A DNA stretch of 64,000 bases, from contig DNEP01000006.1 in NCBI GenBank assembly GCA_003487265.1, positions 3,276-67,275 on the forward strand, in the 5' to 3' direction. The stretch is from Minisyncoccota bacterium (lineage in GTDB: Bacteria > Patescibacteriota > Microgenomatia > UBA1400 > UBA12028). Below, piece after piece: positions 48,259 to 57,303 of this stretch. The notes under the pieces were generated by a model. The model worked only from the letters and a program-made list of their open reading frames with translations. It did no database searches and had not been told where the DNA came from. How positions within the stretch are numbered: position 1 is the stretch's first letter; each line of letters starts with the position of its first letter. A program made the translations under genes and the position numbers.

Positions 48259-49836
48259 TTAATACAACTGCATGTCTGGATGCGTTGATGGAATATAGAA
48301 CAACGCTCCCTGCGGATCGGCAGAATAAAACATATTTTTGATGTTTCCGGTGGTTACTTTGTACAACACCCCCGCGAGTGACTGTCCCCAAGAATTACCA
48401 AGTTGTGAGGTAAGAAAGTCGGTGGGAGGACTCCAGTTTTCTCCTGCTATCGATCGGCCTATATGGAAAAGCACATCTTTCCAACGGGGAAGTTTAAACA
48501 AAACGTGGATATCAAGAACGGCTCCACGCTGACCTTGATTTGCCTTTGCAATTGTTGAGAGAATGAGTGATAAAAGATTTTCAGTTGAAAATGCCACCCA
48601 TACTCCCAAACGAAACTCGGGGCAATCGAGGTTCGATTTATCTTGCTGGAGTGTGACGATTTCATGAATGATCTGTTTTAACATCGTTCCAATTTCTTGC
48701 CCACCATCTATAATGTCGGTGATAATTTTTGAGTTTTTAAAGTATTCCACTGGAACTGCGCGAAGCGAACGAGCTTTTCCAGTAGGAATAATTACTCGGA
48801 TTTGCTTTTGAATATTTGTGAAAATGTACACTTCAGTATCAGAATATTTTTCCATTTTTACATAGCTGAGCTGTTGTTGTTCACATCGATGAATAAGATA
48901 GTCAGCAATATGAAATCCCGATCGATAGGCTTTCCCACTTTTTCCAAACGGCGTGCGATCTCCAAGCGGTGTCACAATGTAGGAAATATCATTCTGATTT
49001 GGGTCGGGAATATCGCGTTCTAAACATGTGTCAATTAATCTGCGGACTTCAGTTTTGTAATCTTCTGGTTCAATCGCAACTGTTTTTTCAAGCAATGCGT
49101 TCCAAGCATGATTTGTGGCGGTAAACCGATCTCGCAGATCGGAAAAATGTGAAAATAAACTCCAAAGCATTTTCCAGCTTAAAAAACTTCCCGTTGTAAC
49201 CTGTTCCCAAGTTCGTTGTTCCGATGCCAAACAAGGGTGGACTTGACGAGGAACAAGAAAGGTATCATTCGCCATAACCGCTAATCCTGTCGGCTTAAGA
49301 TGTGCTGGGATCTCCTCTGAGATTGCGTATGCTCGTAAAGAGTCTGGCCAAGTGGAAACTTGCTCAAAAGAAGTGCGAAAACACTGCTCAATTTGTTTCA
49401 TAACGATTTGAGATTGACATTCTTGTTGACGTGGAGGCTGTTGTCTCTGTGGTTTTGGTTCTTGAGGAAGTGGTTGAGGAAGATCGTTGAGTGTGGGTTC
49501 AGAAAACGGTTGTTGAGTTGGAATGGTAATGGGCGCGTCGTTTAGGCTGAGTCTTGGGAGTGGAACAGGAATATTCCCAAACTCAGGAGGAAGCGTATCA
49601 GGATCTTCTAGTGGTTCCCATTGTGGTTCTGAGGGAAAAAGAAATGGAAGAAGTGGGAGACCAAAAGGAGTCAATAAGTTTCTAATCATTTCTTCTGCAA
49701 GAATTGCTCCACCAAGTTTCAGCAAACCGCGCCTCGAAAGTAAAAGTGGTGGTTTTTCATATCCACTAAAGGATGGATCCGACGTCTCTATCTTCTCAAT
49801 ATAGACTGGTGCTGATATCTCAGTTCGCTTTGACAT
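48259..49836 (-). CDS. Hypothetical protein (525 aa)
   Basis: Long ORF with a Pro/Gln-rich linker ('PQPLPQEPKPQRQQPPRQQ') and no recognisable motif. Confidence 0.35.
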   Translation of the reverse strand: MSKRTEISAPVYIEKIETSDPSFSGYEKPPLLLSRRGLLKLGGAILAEEMIRNLLTPFGLPLLPFLFPSEPQWEPLEDPDTLPPEFGNIPVPLPRLSLNDAPITIPTQQPFSEPTLNDLPQPLPQEPKPQRQQPPRQQECQSQIVMKQIEQCFRTSFEQVSTWPDSLRAYAISEEIPAHLKPTGLAVMANDTFLVPRQVHPCLASEQRTWEQVTTGSFLSWKMLWSLFSHFSDLRDRFTATNHAWNALLEKTVAIEPEDYKTEVRRLIDTCLERDIPDPNQNDISYIVTPLGDRTPFGKSGKAYRSGFHIADYLIHRCEQQQLSYVKMEKYSDTEVYIFTNIQKQIRVIIPTGKARSLRAVPVEYFKNSKIITDIIDGGQEIGTMLKQIIHEIVTLQQDKSNLDCPEFRLGVWVAFSTENLLSLILSTIAKANQGQRGAVLDIHVLFKLPRWKDVLFHIGRSIAGENWSPPTDFLTSQLGNSWGQSLAGVLYKVTTGNIKNMFYSADPQGALFYIPSTHPDMQLY

Positions 49837-49898
49837 AGCCTATAATGATACCATAAGGGTCAAGACTTGAGATATGAGAAGAATCAGTGTTTTATGTC

Positions 49899-50297
49899 TT
49901 AAAACCCGATCTTATTCACTATGAAAAATGTCACAGTGGAAACCGAGGCCGCGAGCACCGCGCCCCAAGCCAAATCGACGAGCGTGACCAAAAGTGGCCA
50001 GTCTTTCGCGACTGCCAAGTTTGTTAAATCGTAAGTGGCGTAACACACAAATCCGAACAGAGCGCCAAAAAGAAGTGCGTGCATCCATGAATTTTTTTCC
50101 ATCGCAGGAGTGATCACAAACACCACGAGTCCGGCAATAAAAATCAAATAAAAAATAATTGCGGCAATCCAGTTCACATCAGATTTCATTAACGATCCGA
50201 TTTGATCTCGATAAAAGTTTTTGGATACAACGCCAAGCCAAATCATGTCGATTGCGAAAAAGACGGGAAGCGCGATGAGGCTAAGTTTCAAAAACAT
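49899..50297 (-). CDS. Small integral membrane protein (4 TM)
   Basis: 132 aa with four clear hydrophobic helices. Confidence 0.45.
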   Translation of the reverse strand: MFLKLSLIALPVFFAIDMIWLGVVSKNFYRDQIGSLMKSDVNWIAAIIFYLIFIAGLVVFVITPAMEKNSWMHALLFGALFGFVCYATYDLTNLAVAKDWPLLVTLVDLAWGAVLAASVSTVTFFIVNKIGF

Positions 50298-50333
50298 GCG
50301 TTACCTCTTCTTTTTAGTATTGTATAGATTGAA

Positions 50334-50423
50334 TGGCGGAAGGGGAGGGAATCGAACCCTCGTGGAGCTTGCGCCCCCAGCGGTTTTCAAGACCGAGCCG
50401 ATAGACCGCTCCGGCACCCTTCC
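50334..50423 (-). tRNA. tRNA-Ser (anticodon UGA)
   Basis: The reverse complement is GGAAGGGTGCCGGAGCGG...CTTGAAAACCG...GGGTTCGATTCCCTCCCCTTCCGCCA. It has a 7-bp acceptor stem, a long variable arm, discriminator G73, a TΨC arm, and the anticodon loop C-U-UGA-A-A. The CCA end is encoded. Confidence 0.8.
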
Positions 50424-50515
50424 TTAAATATCTGTGACCACTTATATTGCGCGTCGCAGTCGATAGTATACAACATTGTAAGCCGTTTGTAGGATCTGCG
50501 CCGTATGCTGTGCGC

Positions 50516-51193
50516 ATGATTCTTGATTACATTTTTCCCAAAGTCTGTCTTTCGTGCGGGAAATGGGGCGAATATCTGTGCGCAAATTGTAAATCAAGTG
50601 CAAAATACTTTGATTTTTCGCTGTGTCCAATGTGTGATCGACCTACTAAAAATGGAAAAACGCACGATGTCTGTCGTTTACCTCTGGGCTTGGATGGATT
50701 TCTGTGCTTTTCGCAGTACGCGGAGCCCGTTTCCACTGTTGTGCATTCCATTAAGTATGAAGGCGTTTTTGATGCGATTCGGGAACAAGAAAAAACGATC
50801 GAGGAGCGGTGGCCTGCGTATGCGCCCGCGTTTGATTCGATCATCGCGATTCCCATGACACCTCGAAAAAAACAATCGCGTGGATATAATCAAGCGGAGT
50901 TATTGGCGCGAAAGCTTGCTGAGTTCTTGCGCGTGCCACATGACAGTTCCGCGTTGATCAAAATTCGCGATACGGTTCCGCAGATGCGCTTGTCGAAAGC
51001 GGAGCGAGTGCAAAACAGCGCGTTGAAGCAATCGTTTGTGTGTATTTATCCAAGCAGAATTCGAGGAAAAACCATTGCGTTGGTGGATGACGTCGCAACC
51101 ACGCGCTCAACCTTGCTTTTTGCGTGTCACGTGTTGAAAAAAGCGGGCGCGCAAGAAGTGTGGGGCGTGGTGTACGCGCACGCGTATGGATAG
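50516..51193 (+). CDS. comF: ComF-family protein (phosphoribosyltransferase domain, zinc-finger N-terminus)
   Basis: The N-terminal 'CLSCGKWGEYLCANCKS...CPMCDRP' is a double zinc-ribbon. The C-terminal PRTase motif 'IALVDDVATTRSTL' is present. I chose the start at the MILDYIFP codon. Confidence 0.65.
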   Translation: MILDYIFPKVCLSCGKWGEYLCANCKSSAKYFDFSLCPMCDRPTKNGKTHDVCRLPLGLDGFLCFSQYAEPVSTVVHSIKYEGVFDAIREQEKTIEERWPAYAPAFDSIIAIPMTPRKKQSRGYNQAELLARKLAEFLRVPHDSSALIKIRDTVPQMRLSKAERVQNSALKQSFVCIYPSRIRGKTIALVDDVATTRSTLLFACHVLKKAGAQEVWGVVYAHAYG

Positions 51194-51603
51194 ATATATG
51201 AGCTTGAGTTAAGTCTTTTTCTAGTAATATTATTTGATATACTCTTATGAATAGTAAATCAAGGGAGAATTCATATGAATAATCAAGAGGATGGTCAAGA
51301 CAAGAGAATGGCAGAAATGTTACATCAAGATCAAGTGAGAGCAGGTCTTGATGTTATTTTAAGAGCGATAACTCCGGCGGGTGTTGATCTGACTGATGAA
51401 ATGGCTGAGTAACTATTGCAATTGTTAAGAGAAAAAACCAATATGGGTGTAAACGGTTTTGAAAAACTCAAAGAAGGTTTGGCTACCATGGGGTTGGCTC
51501 AGTCTATGGATGACGACGACTTACCTACTAATGAGGGTTAAAATAGTCTTGAAAGAAATTCAGACGTACAATTTTTCATTTTGGTTAATTGTTCAACCTT
51601 TTG

Positions 51604-51999
51604 TGGAGATGCGCGGGAATGACCCGCGGTCCGCAGGAGCAAATCATCATCTTCTACAAGCGTAGTGTCTTTTTGAATAGGACGAGTGGTGGAGAAACAA
51701 ACCGTTCTCGTTCTTCTGGTAGAAAGGCTTACGCGGTCGCCCTACCAATGCGATCGCAGTCACACTGACTGTGTTCCCACCCTGTTCCCTCCATCAGTGA
51801 GAGAGAAGAACAGAATGCCTTACGTTCACGCAAAAGCGAGGACGCTTGGAGCTGGAGAAAGGAAGGAAGCGATGCTTGCCAAAATGTCTCCGGCTGTCTG
51901 TCGAATTGATTTGACAGTTGTGTTTTTGATGCTTTTACGGTTTCATCAAACCGGCTTGCAGATGGTAAAGAGCCCGCCACGTCGATTCAATACATCCCC
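51604..51999 (-). ncRNA. ssrA: tmRNA (ssrA)
   Basis: The minus-strand 5' end GGGGAUGUAUUGAAUCGACGUGGCGGG matches the tmRNA 5' consensus (GGGG..GA...GGAUUCGACGGG). The 3' end GGACCGCGGGUCAUUCCCGCGCAUCUCCA matches the E. coli 3' end GGACGCGGGUUCAACUCCCGCCAGCUCCA. The acceptor stem pairs GGGGAUG with CAUCUCC and contains a G3·U pair, the Ala identity element. An internal tag ORF, GCA AGC ... GCT TTT GCG TGA, encodes ASIASFLSPAPSVLAFA and ends in 'AFA' like mollicute-type tags. CCA is not encoded. Confidence 0.7.
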
Positions 52000-52216
52000 T
52001 GATTCGCTGAGGAGCCTCCCTTGGCGTTTGACCGCCTCGAGGAGATTCTTCGAGTGACTGGGGGTATTATAGCATGAAGAGAAACACGTCTAGTTTTTAG
52101 AGTGTTCTAGATGCAATTTCACATTTGTCAGCTAAAAGTAAGGCATTTCCGATATCGTATTTTCAAGAAAGGAGGAAATATGGCAAAAATGATGCAAAAA
52201 TTGTTACGATATAAAG

Positions 52217-53626
52217 ATGCTCGGAATAAAAACCGCGGTAGCATATTATCATCGCTTTCTTCGTCTATGGAACCCTGGGCAACCGAGTAGCAAAGATGAC
52301 GCTTTTTTCATCTCAGCGTTGTATATTTCACTTGCGGGAATGTGTGGTTTGTTCTTTGTTTCGTTGGCGTATAGGATGCATCTCGAAATAATTAGCGTTT
52401 TAGTTGAAAAAACTGCGTTTTCTATAGGTGAGATTGCATTGATAGGTATACTTCTTATTGTGTTTTTGGTCAATATCAAGCAACACAAAAAAGAGGCGTC
52501 CATACTGTTTGTGTGCTCAATCTTTATTGTTGCGATATACCTTAGCTCTCGTTGGGGCGTAACGACTCCTCTTGGACTTTTATTCTACGGATTTGCAATC
52601 TCTGTCGCAGGATTGCTTTTTGGATCGCGGGCAACGCTTTATTGTGCAGGAGTAAGTAGTATCGCGATTCTGGGAATCTTTTTTATTCAGTCGAGCGTGT
52701 TTCCAGATCAGATGCAACTTTGGAAACGACAACAAACGATGATTGGTGACGTGCTGATGTATGTGACGCTACTTGTTTTAACAGGGGTTAGTTCGTGGAT
52801 GCACGCGAGAAAGTCAGAAAAACAGAACGTTCAGTTGCGTCACCAGCGCGATGATCTCGAGGAAGAAGTACAAAAAAGAACACACGCTTTGGAAGAGTCG
52901 AACAAAACACTCTACGATACATTCGAATCGTTTCGACGAGAACAAATTCGATCGTATCGGGAAACAAAAAATTTAGTTGCTGTTGGAAAAGTGACTGCGG
53001 GACTGGTTCATGATCTTGTAAATCCATTAACTTTTTTAGGAAATATAACGCGGTTTTTGAAAGAAACAGAAGAAACAAAAAGAATTCGAGAGGGAGTTCA
53101 AGAAATTTCTGATCTTGTCATTACGACAAAACAGATGATGAGCAATGACTCAATTGAGGAAATCTTTTCTGTTAAAACAGAGATCAATAAAATCTTACGA
53201 TTATTCCAATATCAATCGCATGCATTGGGAGTGCGGTTGTGCTTTGAGACTCAGACGAAGGCAAAGATAAAAGGATCGGCGGTTCGGTTTAGAGAAATTA
53301 TTGCCAACATTTTGTCGAACGCACTTGATGCGTATGAAGAGAAAAGTGATATAAGAATTAAGAGTATATCGATCGCATGTATTAAGAAAAACAAAAAGCT
53401 TGAGATCTTAATTGTTGATCATGCGGGTGGTATTCCCATGGCTATCCGATCAAAAATATTCAATCCGTTTGTTACAACAAAATCCTTGAAGGGTGGAACG
53501 GGACTTGGGCTTTCGTTGGCAAGGGAGATTGCGGAAAATGAACTTCGAGGAAGATTAGAATACGAATATTGCGATCCAGATGGTTCCAAATTTATACTAA
53601 CTCTTCCCATGTATACCAGTCAGTAA
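52217..53626 (+). CDS. Sensor histidine kinase (membrane-embedded sensor)
   Basis: About 6 N-terminal TM helices. The HisKA H-box is 'GLVHDLVNPLTFL', and the HATPase_c region shows 'NALDAY', 'DHAGGIP' and 'GGTGLGLSLAREIAE'. No response regulator lies adjacent. Confidence 0.75.
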   Translation: MLGIKTAVAYYHRFLRLWNPGQPSSKDDAFFISALYISLAGMCGLFFVSLAYRMHLEIISVLVEKTAFSIGEIALIGILLIVFLVNIKQHKKEASILFVCSIFIVAIYLSSRWGVTTPLGLLFYGFAISVAGLLFGSRATLYCAGVSSIAILGIFFIQSSVFPDQMQLWKRQQTMIGDVLMYVTLLVLTGVSSWMHARKSEKQNVQLRHQRDDLEEEVQKRTHALEESNKTLYDTFESFRREQIRSYRETKNLVAVGKVTAGLVHDLVNPLTFLGNITRFLKETEETKRIREGVQEISDLVITTKQMMSNDSIEEIFSVKTEINKILRLFQYQSHALGVRLCFETQTKAKIKGSAVRFREIIANILSNALDAYEEKSDIRIKSISIACIKKNKKLEILIVDHAGGIPMAIRSKIFNPFVTTKSLKGGTGLGLSLAREIAENELRGRLEYEYCDPDGSKFILTLPMYTSQ

Positions 53627-53744
53627 TCAAAACCTTCTATGTTGAGAGAGAAGTAAACAAACAACCTCAGTTGTAAGAAAAATGTCATTATGTGCTGATA
53701 TGGTATGGGAATGACATTATTGAAATTGATATTCCCAGAAGACC

Positions 53745-55436
53745 ATGATTAATACGCTTTTCCGAGAACTTCTATTTTCTCTTGAAGAAAATGGATTTGC
53801 ATCAGCTCATCTATCTGAATCTCGCTCCCAAACCAACGTCATTAATCTCCCAACCTTCTATCCCATTCCTATTGCTCTCGAATTATTACAGCCGCACAAA
53901 CAAAGCATCCCTAAGTTATATGAAGAACTACAACGCATTCTTCTTGATCAATTTGATCCACAAACACAAACGTGCAACTGGCTTATTCGCTCCTTGAACT
54001 ACAATCTTGCTTCACAGCAGTATCCAGATGATCTTGACGATACCGCAGTTGCTTGGATCGCGCTTGCTTCAATTCAACAATCTCTCGATCCGAAAAAGCT
54101 TGCGGTGCTTACGCAAACGCTCATTTCTTGTGAACAATCCGAGGGTGGTCCATACAGCACGTGGGTGGTTAATACTGAAGATTCCGTATGGAACGACTGT
54201 GATCCTGTGGTGAATGCGAACATTGCGCGCATGCTCACAAAACTCGGAGTGAATGTTGATCCGCTTCACGAGTGGATTCTCTCCGCAATAGAAAAGAATA
54301 TCGCATCACCATATTACAAAGGAACGCAAACACAAATATATTTTCTCCTCCGATACTTTGAAGCTTGTGGGGAGTATCTATCCGTCGCATTTTTAATAAA
54401 GTATCAAACAATTAATGCTGAAGTTATTACGCAAGCGAGAAAAGCACTCAAAACATCGATATACGACGGAGAAAAACTCATGTTGATTTCCGGTCTTGCT
54501 CGAGTTAAGGAAATTGAACAGGATTTAATTGACGAAATTCCTACCCTTAAACCCGCTTGGTTTCCATTCTGTTTAGATCATCAAAAAAGTGATGGGACGT
54601 TTTATTCAGGTACCAAACTTCTTGCAGAAGTATTTTTACTCGACGTGTTGCATTCTTTGCAATCAAAAACTCAAAAAGAAGAAGGTGTTCCCGTTCCTCA
54701 GCGATGGAAAAAAATCATCAGCTTACTTCCACAGATGATTGCGGATTCATATCAGGAAAAAATCACGCCAGTTCAGCAAAAACAAATCCAAAAACTACTC
54801 GATCTACTACTAAACGCATGGATTGTGTTCACCGCCTTTGATGATTTGTATGACAAAGACAACGACACGATTGACTTTCATACAATTCTCCCCAAGTTGG
54901 ATCGGATGTACGCAATCTCTCATGATTTGCAGATTCAATCACTCGTTTCACAACAAATCGCGCGTTGGCTCGCGCATCTCAAAAATCACAACAAGCTTGT
55001 CGGATTCTTATCATTTGAAGCACTGATTCTTGCACAAATACTCCATGTACCACATTCACAAATAAAAGCATGTCTTTCGGTTTTAGATCTCTACGAATCA
55101 ATTTCTCAACTCCATGATGACCTCCATGACTGTGTTGAAGATTGGCGTGCAAAAAGAAAAACAAAAGTCACAACATATCTTTTCCGACATGTTTCCGAGA
55201 ATGGCACATCTCAAAAACTATTCAAGATCATCGAAAAAAAAGCAATTCCACATTTTCTCACTGTGATGACTAACCGTGTGCAACTCGAAAAAGAACGGTT
55301 TTTATCTGTCGATCTGCTCAATAATCAACCTTTTCTTCAGATAATTTCCGATCTCGAACACCTCATCGACCGTGCCCGCACCAATCTTCTCGATCAAGAT
55401 CTCTTTCTTGACCAATTCTTGCGAGATGATGCGTAA
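53745..55436 (+). CDS. Terpene cyclase/synthase-like protein
   Basis: 'PDDLDDTAVAWIALAS' is a perfect class II DxDD(T/S)A motif, as in squalene-hopene cyclase. 'IVFTAFDDLYDKDND' carries a class I DDxxD metal-binding motif. The region between them is helical. Confidence 0.4.
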   Translation: MINTLFRELLFSLEENGFASAHLSESRSQTNVINLPTFYPIPIALELLQPHKQSIPKLYEELQRILLDQFDPQTQTCNWLIRSLNYNLASQQYPDDLDDTAVAWIALASIQQSLDPKKLAVLTQTLISCEQSEGGPYSTWVVNTEDSVWNDCDPVVNANIARMLTKLGVNVDPLHEWILSAIEKNIASPYYKGTQTQIYFLLRYFEACGEYLSVAFLIKYQTINAEVITQARKALKTSIYDGEKLMLISGLARVKEIEQDLIDEIPTLKPAWFPFCLDHQKSDGTFYSGTKLLAEVFLLDVLHSLQSKTQKEEGVPVPQRWKKIISLLPQMIADSYQEKITPVQQKQIQKLLDLLLNAWIVFTAFDDLYDKDNDTIDFHTILPKLDRMYAISHDLQIQSLVSQQIARWLAHLKNHNKLVGFLSFEALILAQILHVPHSQIKACLSVLDLYESISQLHDDLHDCVEDWRAKRKTKVTTYLFRHVSENGTSQKLFKIIEKKAIPHFLTVMTNRVQLEKERFLSVDLLNNQPFLQIISDLEHLIDRARTNLLDQDLFLDQFLRDDA

Positions 55437-55453
55437 GGCGCTATGCTAGTACT

Positions 55454-56005
55454 ATGCCTGACGCCCCAATGACTGCAGTAAATCAAGTGCCATCTGCGCC
55501 ACAACCTTCCAATCTGCAAGAAGAGGAGCTCGTTGTTGGCTGGCAGTCCATGAATCGCGTCTTCAAGAAACGCTCGCGCGAGTACTACACCTCGATCGCG
55601 ACAATCGCGTTCCTCGTGAGCGTGCTGTTGTTCTTTTTCAACCTCTACATGTTGATCTTTGTCATCATTGCGCTCGCGTTCGCGTCCTACGCGCTTGCGC
55701 TCGTTCCCCCAGAAATGGCCGAACATATCGTCACGAGTTATGGCCTGTATACCTCCGATCGGTTTTACTCGTGGAGCGAGATGGAGCGCTTTTGGTTTTC
55801 AAATAGACTTGGACATCGACTGTTGTCCGTTGAGCTTAAAGGAAAACTCGTGCGACGAGTGACCGTTTTGTTGGGTGAGGTGCCCGAAGACGACCTGCGC
55901 GCCATTTTTCAACAGTTTTTGCCCGAACACCGCCCCCTTCAAACCGTTTTCGAGAAAATGGTGGACTGGTTCGAGACACATTTTCCCATGGACGCAAAAG
56001 AATAG
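55454..56005 (+). CDS. Hypothetical membrane protein (two-TM hairpin, PH-like)
   Basis: 183 aa with a central hydrophobic hairpin 'IATIAFLVSVLLFFFNLYMLIFVIIALAFASYALALV'. Confidence 0.4.
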   Translation: MPDAPMTAVNQVPSAPQPSNLQEEELVVGWQSMNRVFKKRSREYYTSIATIAFLVSVLLFFFNLYMLIFVIIALAFASYALALVPPEMAEHIVTSYGLYTSDRFYSWSEMERFWFSNRLGHRLLSVELKGKLVRRVTVLLGEVPEDDLRAIFQQFLPEHRPLQTVFEKMVDWFETHFPMDAKE

Positions 56006-56063
56006 GCACGCATTCAAGGACACTTTCTGATAAAACGGATCCCCTGCGAAATCGCGCCTCTCG

Positions 56064-56072
56064 GTGTATAAT
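56064..56072 (+). promoter_or_regulatory. Candidate extended -10 element (TGTATAAT) upstream of the tRNA pair
   Basis: 'tgtataat' ends 10 nt before the tRNA-Arg 5' end. Confidence 0.4.
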
Positions 56073-56081
56073 GCAGATCAC

Positions 56082-56153
56082 GCCCTCATAGTTCAATGGA
56101 TAGAACATCGGTTTGCGGAACCGACAATTGTGGTTCGATTCCACATGGGGGCA
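56082..56153 (+). tRNA. tRNA-Arg (anticodon GCG as read)
   Basis: The sequence is GCCCTCATAGTTCAATGGATAGAACATCGGTTTGCGGAACCGACAATTGTGGTTCGATTCCACATGGGGGCA. Acceptor stem is 7 bp with one U·G pair. D-stem is GTTC/GAAC. Anticodon stem is TCGGT/ACCGA with loop U-U-GCG-G-A. T-stem is TGTGG/CCACA with the loop TTCGATT. Discriminator is A. CCA is not encoded. Confidence 0.7.
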
Positions 56154-56196
56154 CATATTTAGTTTTTGAATGTGCGTTTTATGACTGTTTTGCGAA

Positions 56197-56287
56197 GGAG
56201 GGGTGCTTGGAGTGGTTTATCAGCCAGGTCTCGAAAACCTTGGGCTCCGCAAGGGGCACGCGGGTTCGAATCCCGCCCTCTCCGCCA
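56197..56287 (+). tRNA. tRNA-Ser (anticodon CGA)
   Basis: The sequence is GGAGGGGTGCTTGGAGTGG...CAGGTCTCGAAAACCTTGGGCTCCGCAAGGGGCACGCGGGTTCGAATCCCGCCCTCTCCGCCA. It has a long variable arm, discriminator G, an encoded CCA end, and the anticodon loop C-U-CGA-A-A. Confidence 0.8.
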
Positions 56288-56328
56288 GCGATTAAGAGAA
56301 ATAGATAATCGATTGAGGAGAAAAACCA

Positions 56329-56769
56329 ATGGATTTCACCACTCTTCCCGACGAAAAAGACTATCGATTCGCGGCGATTCTCAATAAAAAGATCGAAGTG
56401 GGAAAATTAATGAATGCACTCGGTCACATGACCGCTGGATTATCGGGCAAAGTTGGTGATGCAGAAAAAATGGTCTTCCTCGATTACGTAGATAAGGATG
56501 GTGGCACGCATCCGGCAATTTCACACTTTCCCTTTATCGTTTTAACCGCAGACAACTCAAATATGATAAGAACGATAAGAAACGAAGCATTGGTAAGAGG
56601 AATTCCCTTCACAGATTTTACAAGTACGATGACCGTTGGAACTTCTCAACAACAGGTTGAGGCAACCGCGACAACGGCAGAATCAAATCTCGAATACTTT
56701 GGCATCGTTCTTTTTGGAGGAACACAAGAATTAAAAGAATTTACGGGGAAGTTTTCTCTGTTTCGATAA
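56329..56769 (+). CDS. DUF2000-like hypothetical protein
   Basis: 146 aa. 'FAAILNKKIEVGKLMNALGHMTAGL' resembles the DUF2000 N-terminal block. This is a memory-based call with low certainty. Confidence 0.35.
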   Translation: MDFTTLPDEKDYRFAAILNKKIEVGKLMNALGHMTAGLSGKVGDAEKMVFLDYVDKDGGTHPAISHFPFIVLTADNSNMIRTIRNEALVRGIPFTDFTSTMTVGTSQQQVEATATTAESNLEYFGIVLFGGTQELKEFTGKFSLFR

Positions 56770-56782
56770 GAAGGCGATTTTT

Positions 56783-57247
56783 ATGATAACTACACTTCCT
56801 CAAAGAAATGTACCTGCCAAAATATCAGAATGGCTGACTCGATATTTTCCTGCCGAAATAATTGCGATTATTGGAGCCATGGCAGGTGGATTACTTACAC
56901 ATTACTTTTTTCACAATCCCGTTTTAACTGCTCTCGGGGGAACGTGGGGAGAAAATATAGGATACTATGGAAAGATTTTATATTCCGATGTTCAGGCTAG
57001 AAAAAAAATGGATGAAAAAATTACATTCATCAGCATAGTTAAAGTTTTTCGTAATGCTATTGTTGAATTTGGTTTTGCAGAGTATCTTGATAGTTTTATA
57101 ATCAGACCATTCGCGATGTATTTTTTCCCAAAGTGGACTGGAAATGTTGTGCTTGGTTTATTTTTAGGTAAGATTAGTGCGGATGTTACTTTTTATTTGC
57201 CAACGATCTTTTTCTACGAACTCAGAAAGAAATATTTTAAGGATTAA
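56783..57247 (+). CDS. Hypothetical membrane protein
   Basis: 154 aa with 3-4 hydrophobic helices. Confidence 0.4.
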   Translation: MITTLPQRNVPAKISEWLTRYFPAEIIAIIGAMAGGLLTHYFFHNPVLTALGGTWGENIGYYGKILYSDVQARKKMDEKITFISIVKVFRNAIVEFGFAEYLDSFIIRPFAMYFFPKWTGNVVLGLFLGKISADVTFYLPTIFFYELRKKYFKD

Positions 57248-57303
57248 TCACGATCATACAGACCCGAACATTCATAAATAGATCATCCTGTGTTCTTCAT
57301 AAC

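Noticed and set aside
51459-52057. ORF-track entries 51459-51665 (+), 51686-52057 (+) and 51729-51980 (-)
   Set aside because: They overlap the tmRNA identified on the minus strand. They have no coding-like composition or motifs, so I treat them as artefacts of an RNA gene.
51680-52080. Possible RNase P RNA or SRP RNA. 'agaacagaatgccttac' resembles the P4 3' strand ACAGAAnCCGGCUUA, and 'gaaaggaaggaagcgatgc' resembles SRP domain IV
   Set aside because: I could not find the partner P4 5' strand (GGAAAGUCCGG) or the SRP GGAA-tetraloop helix. The tmRNA model explains the same region far better.
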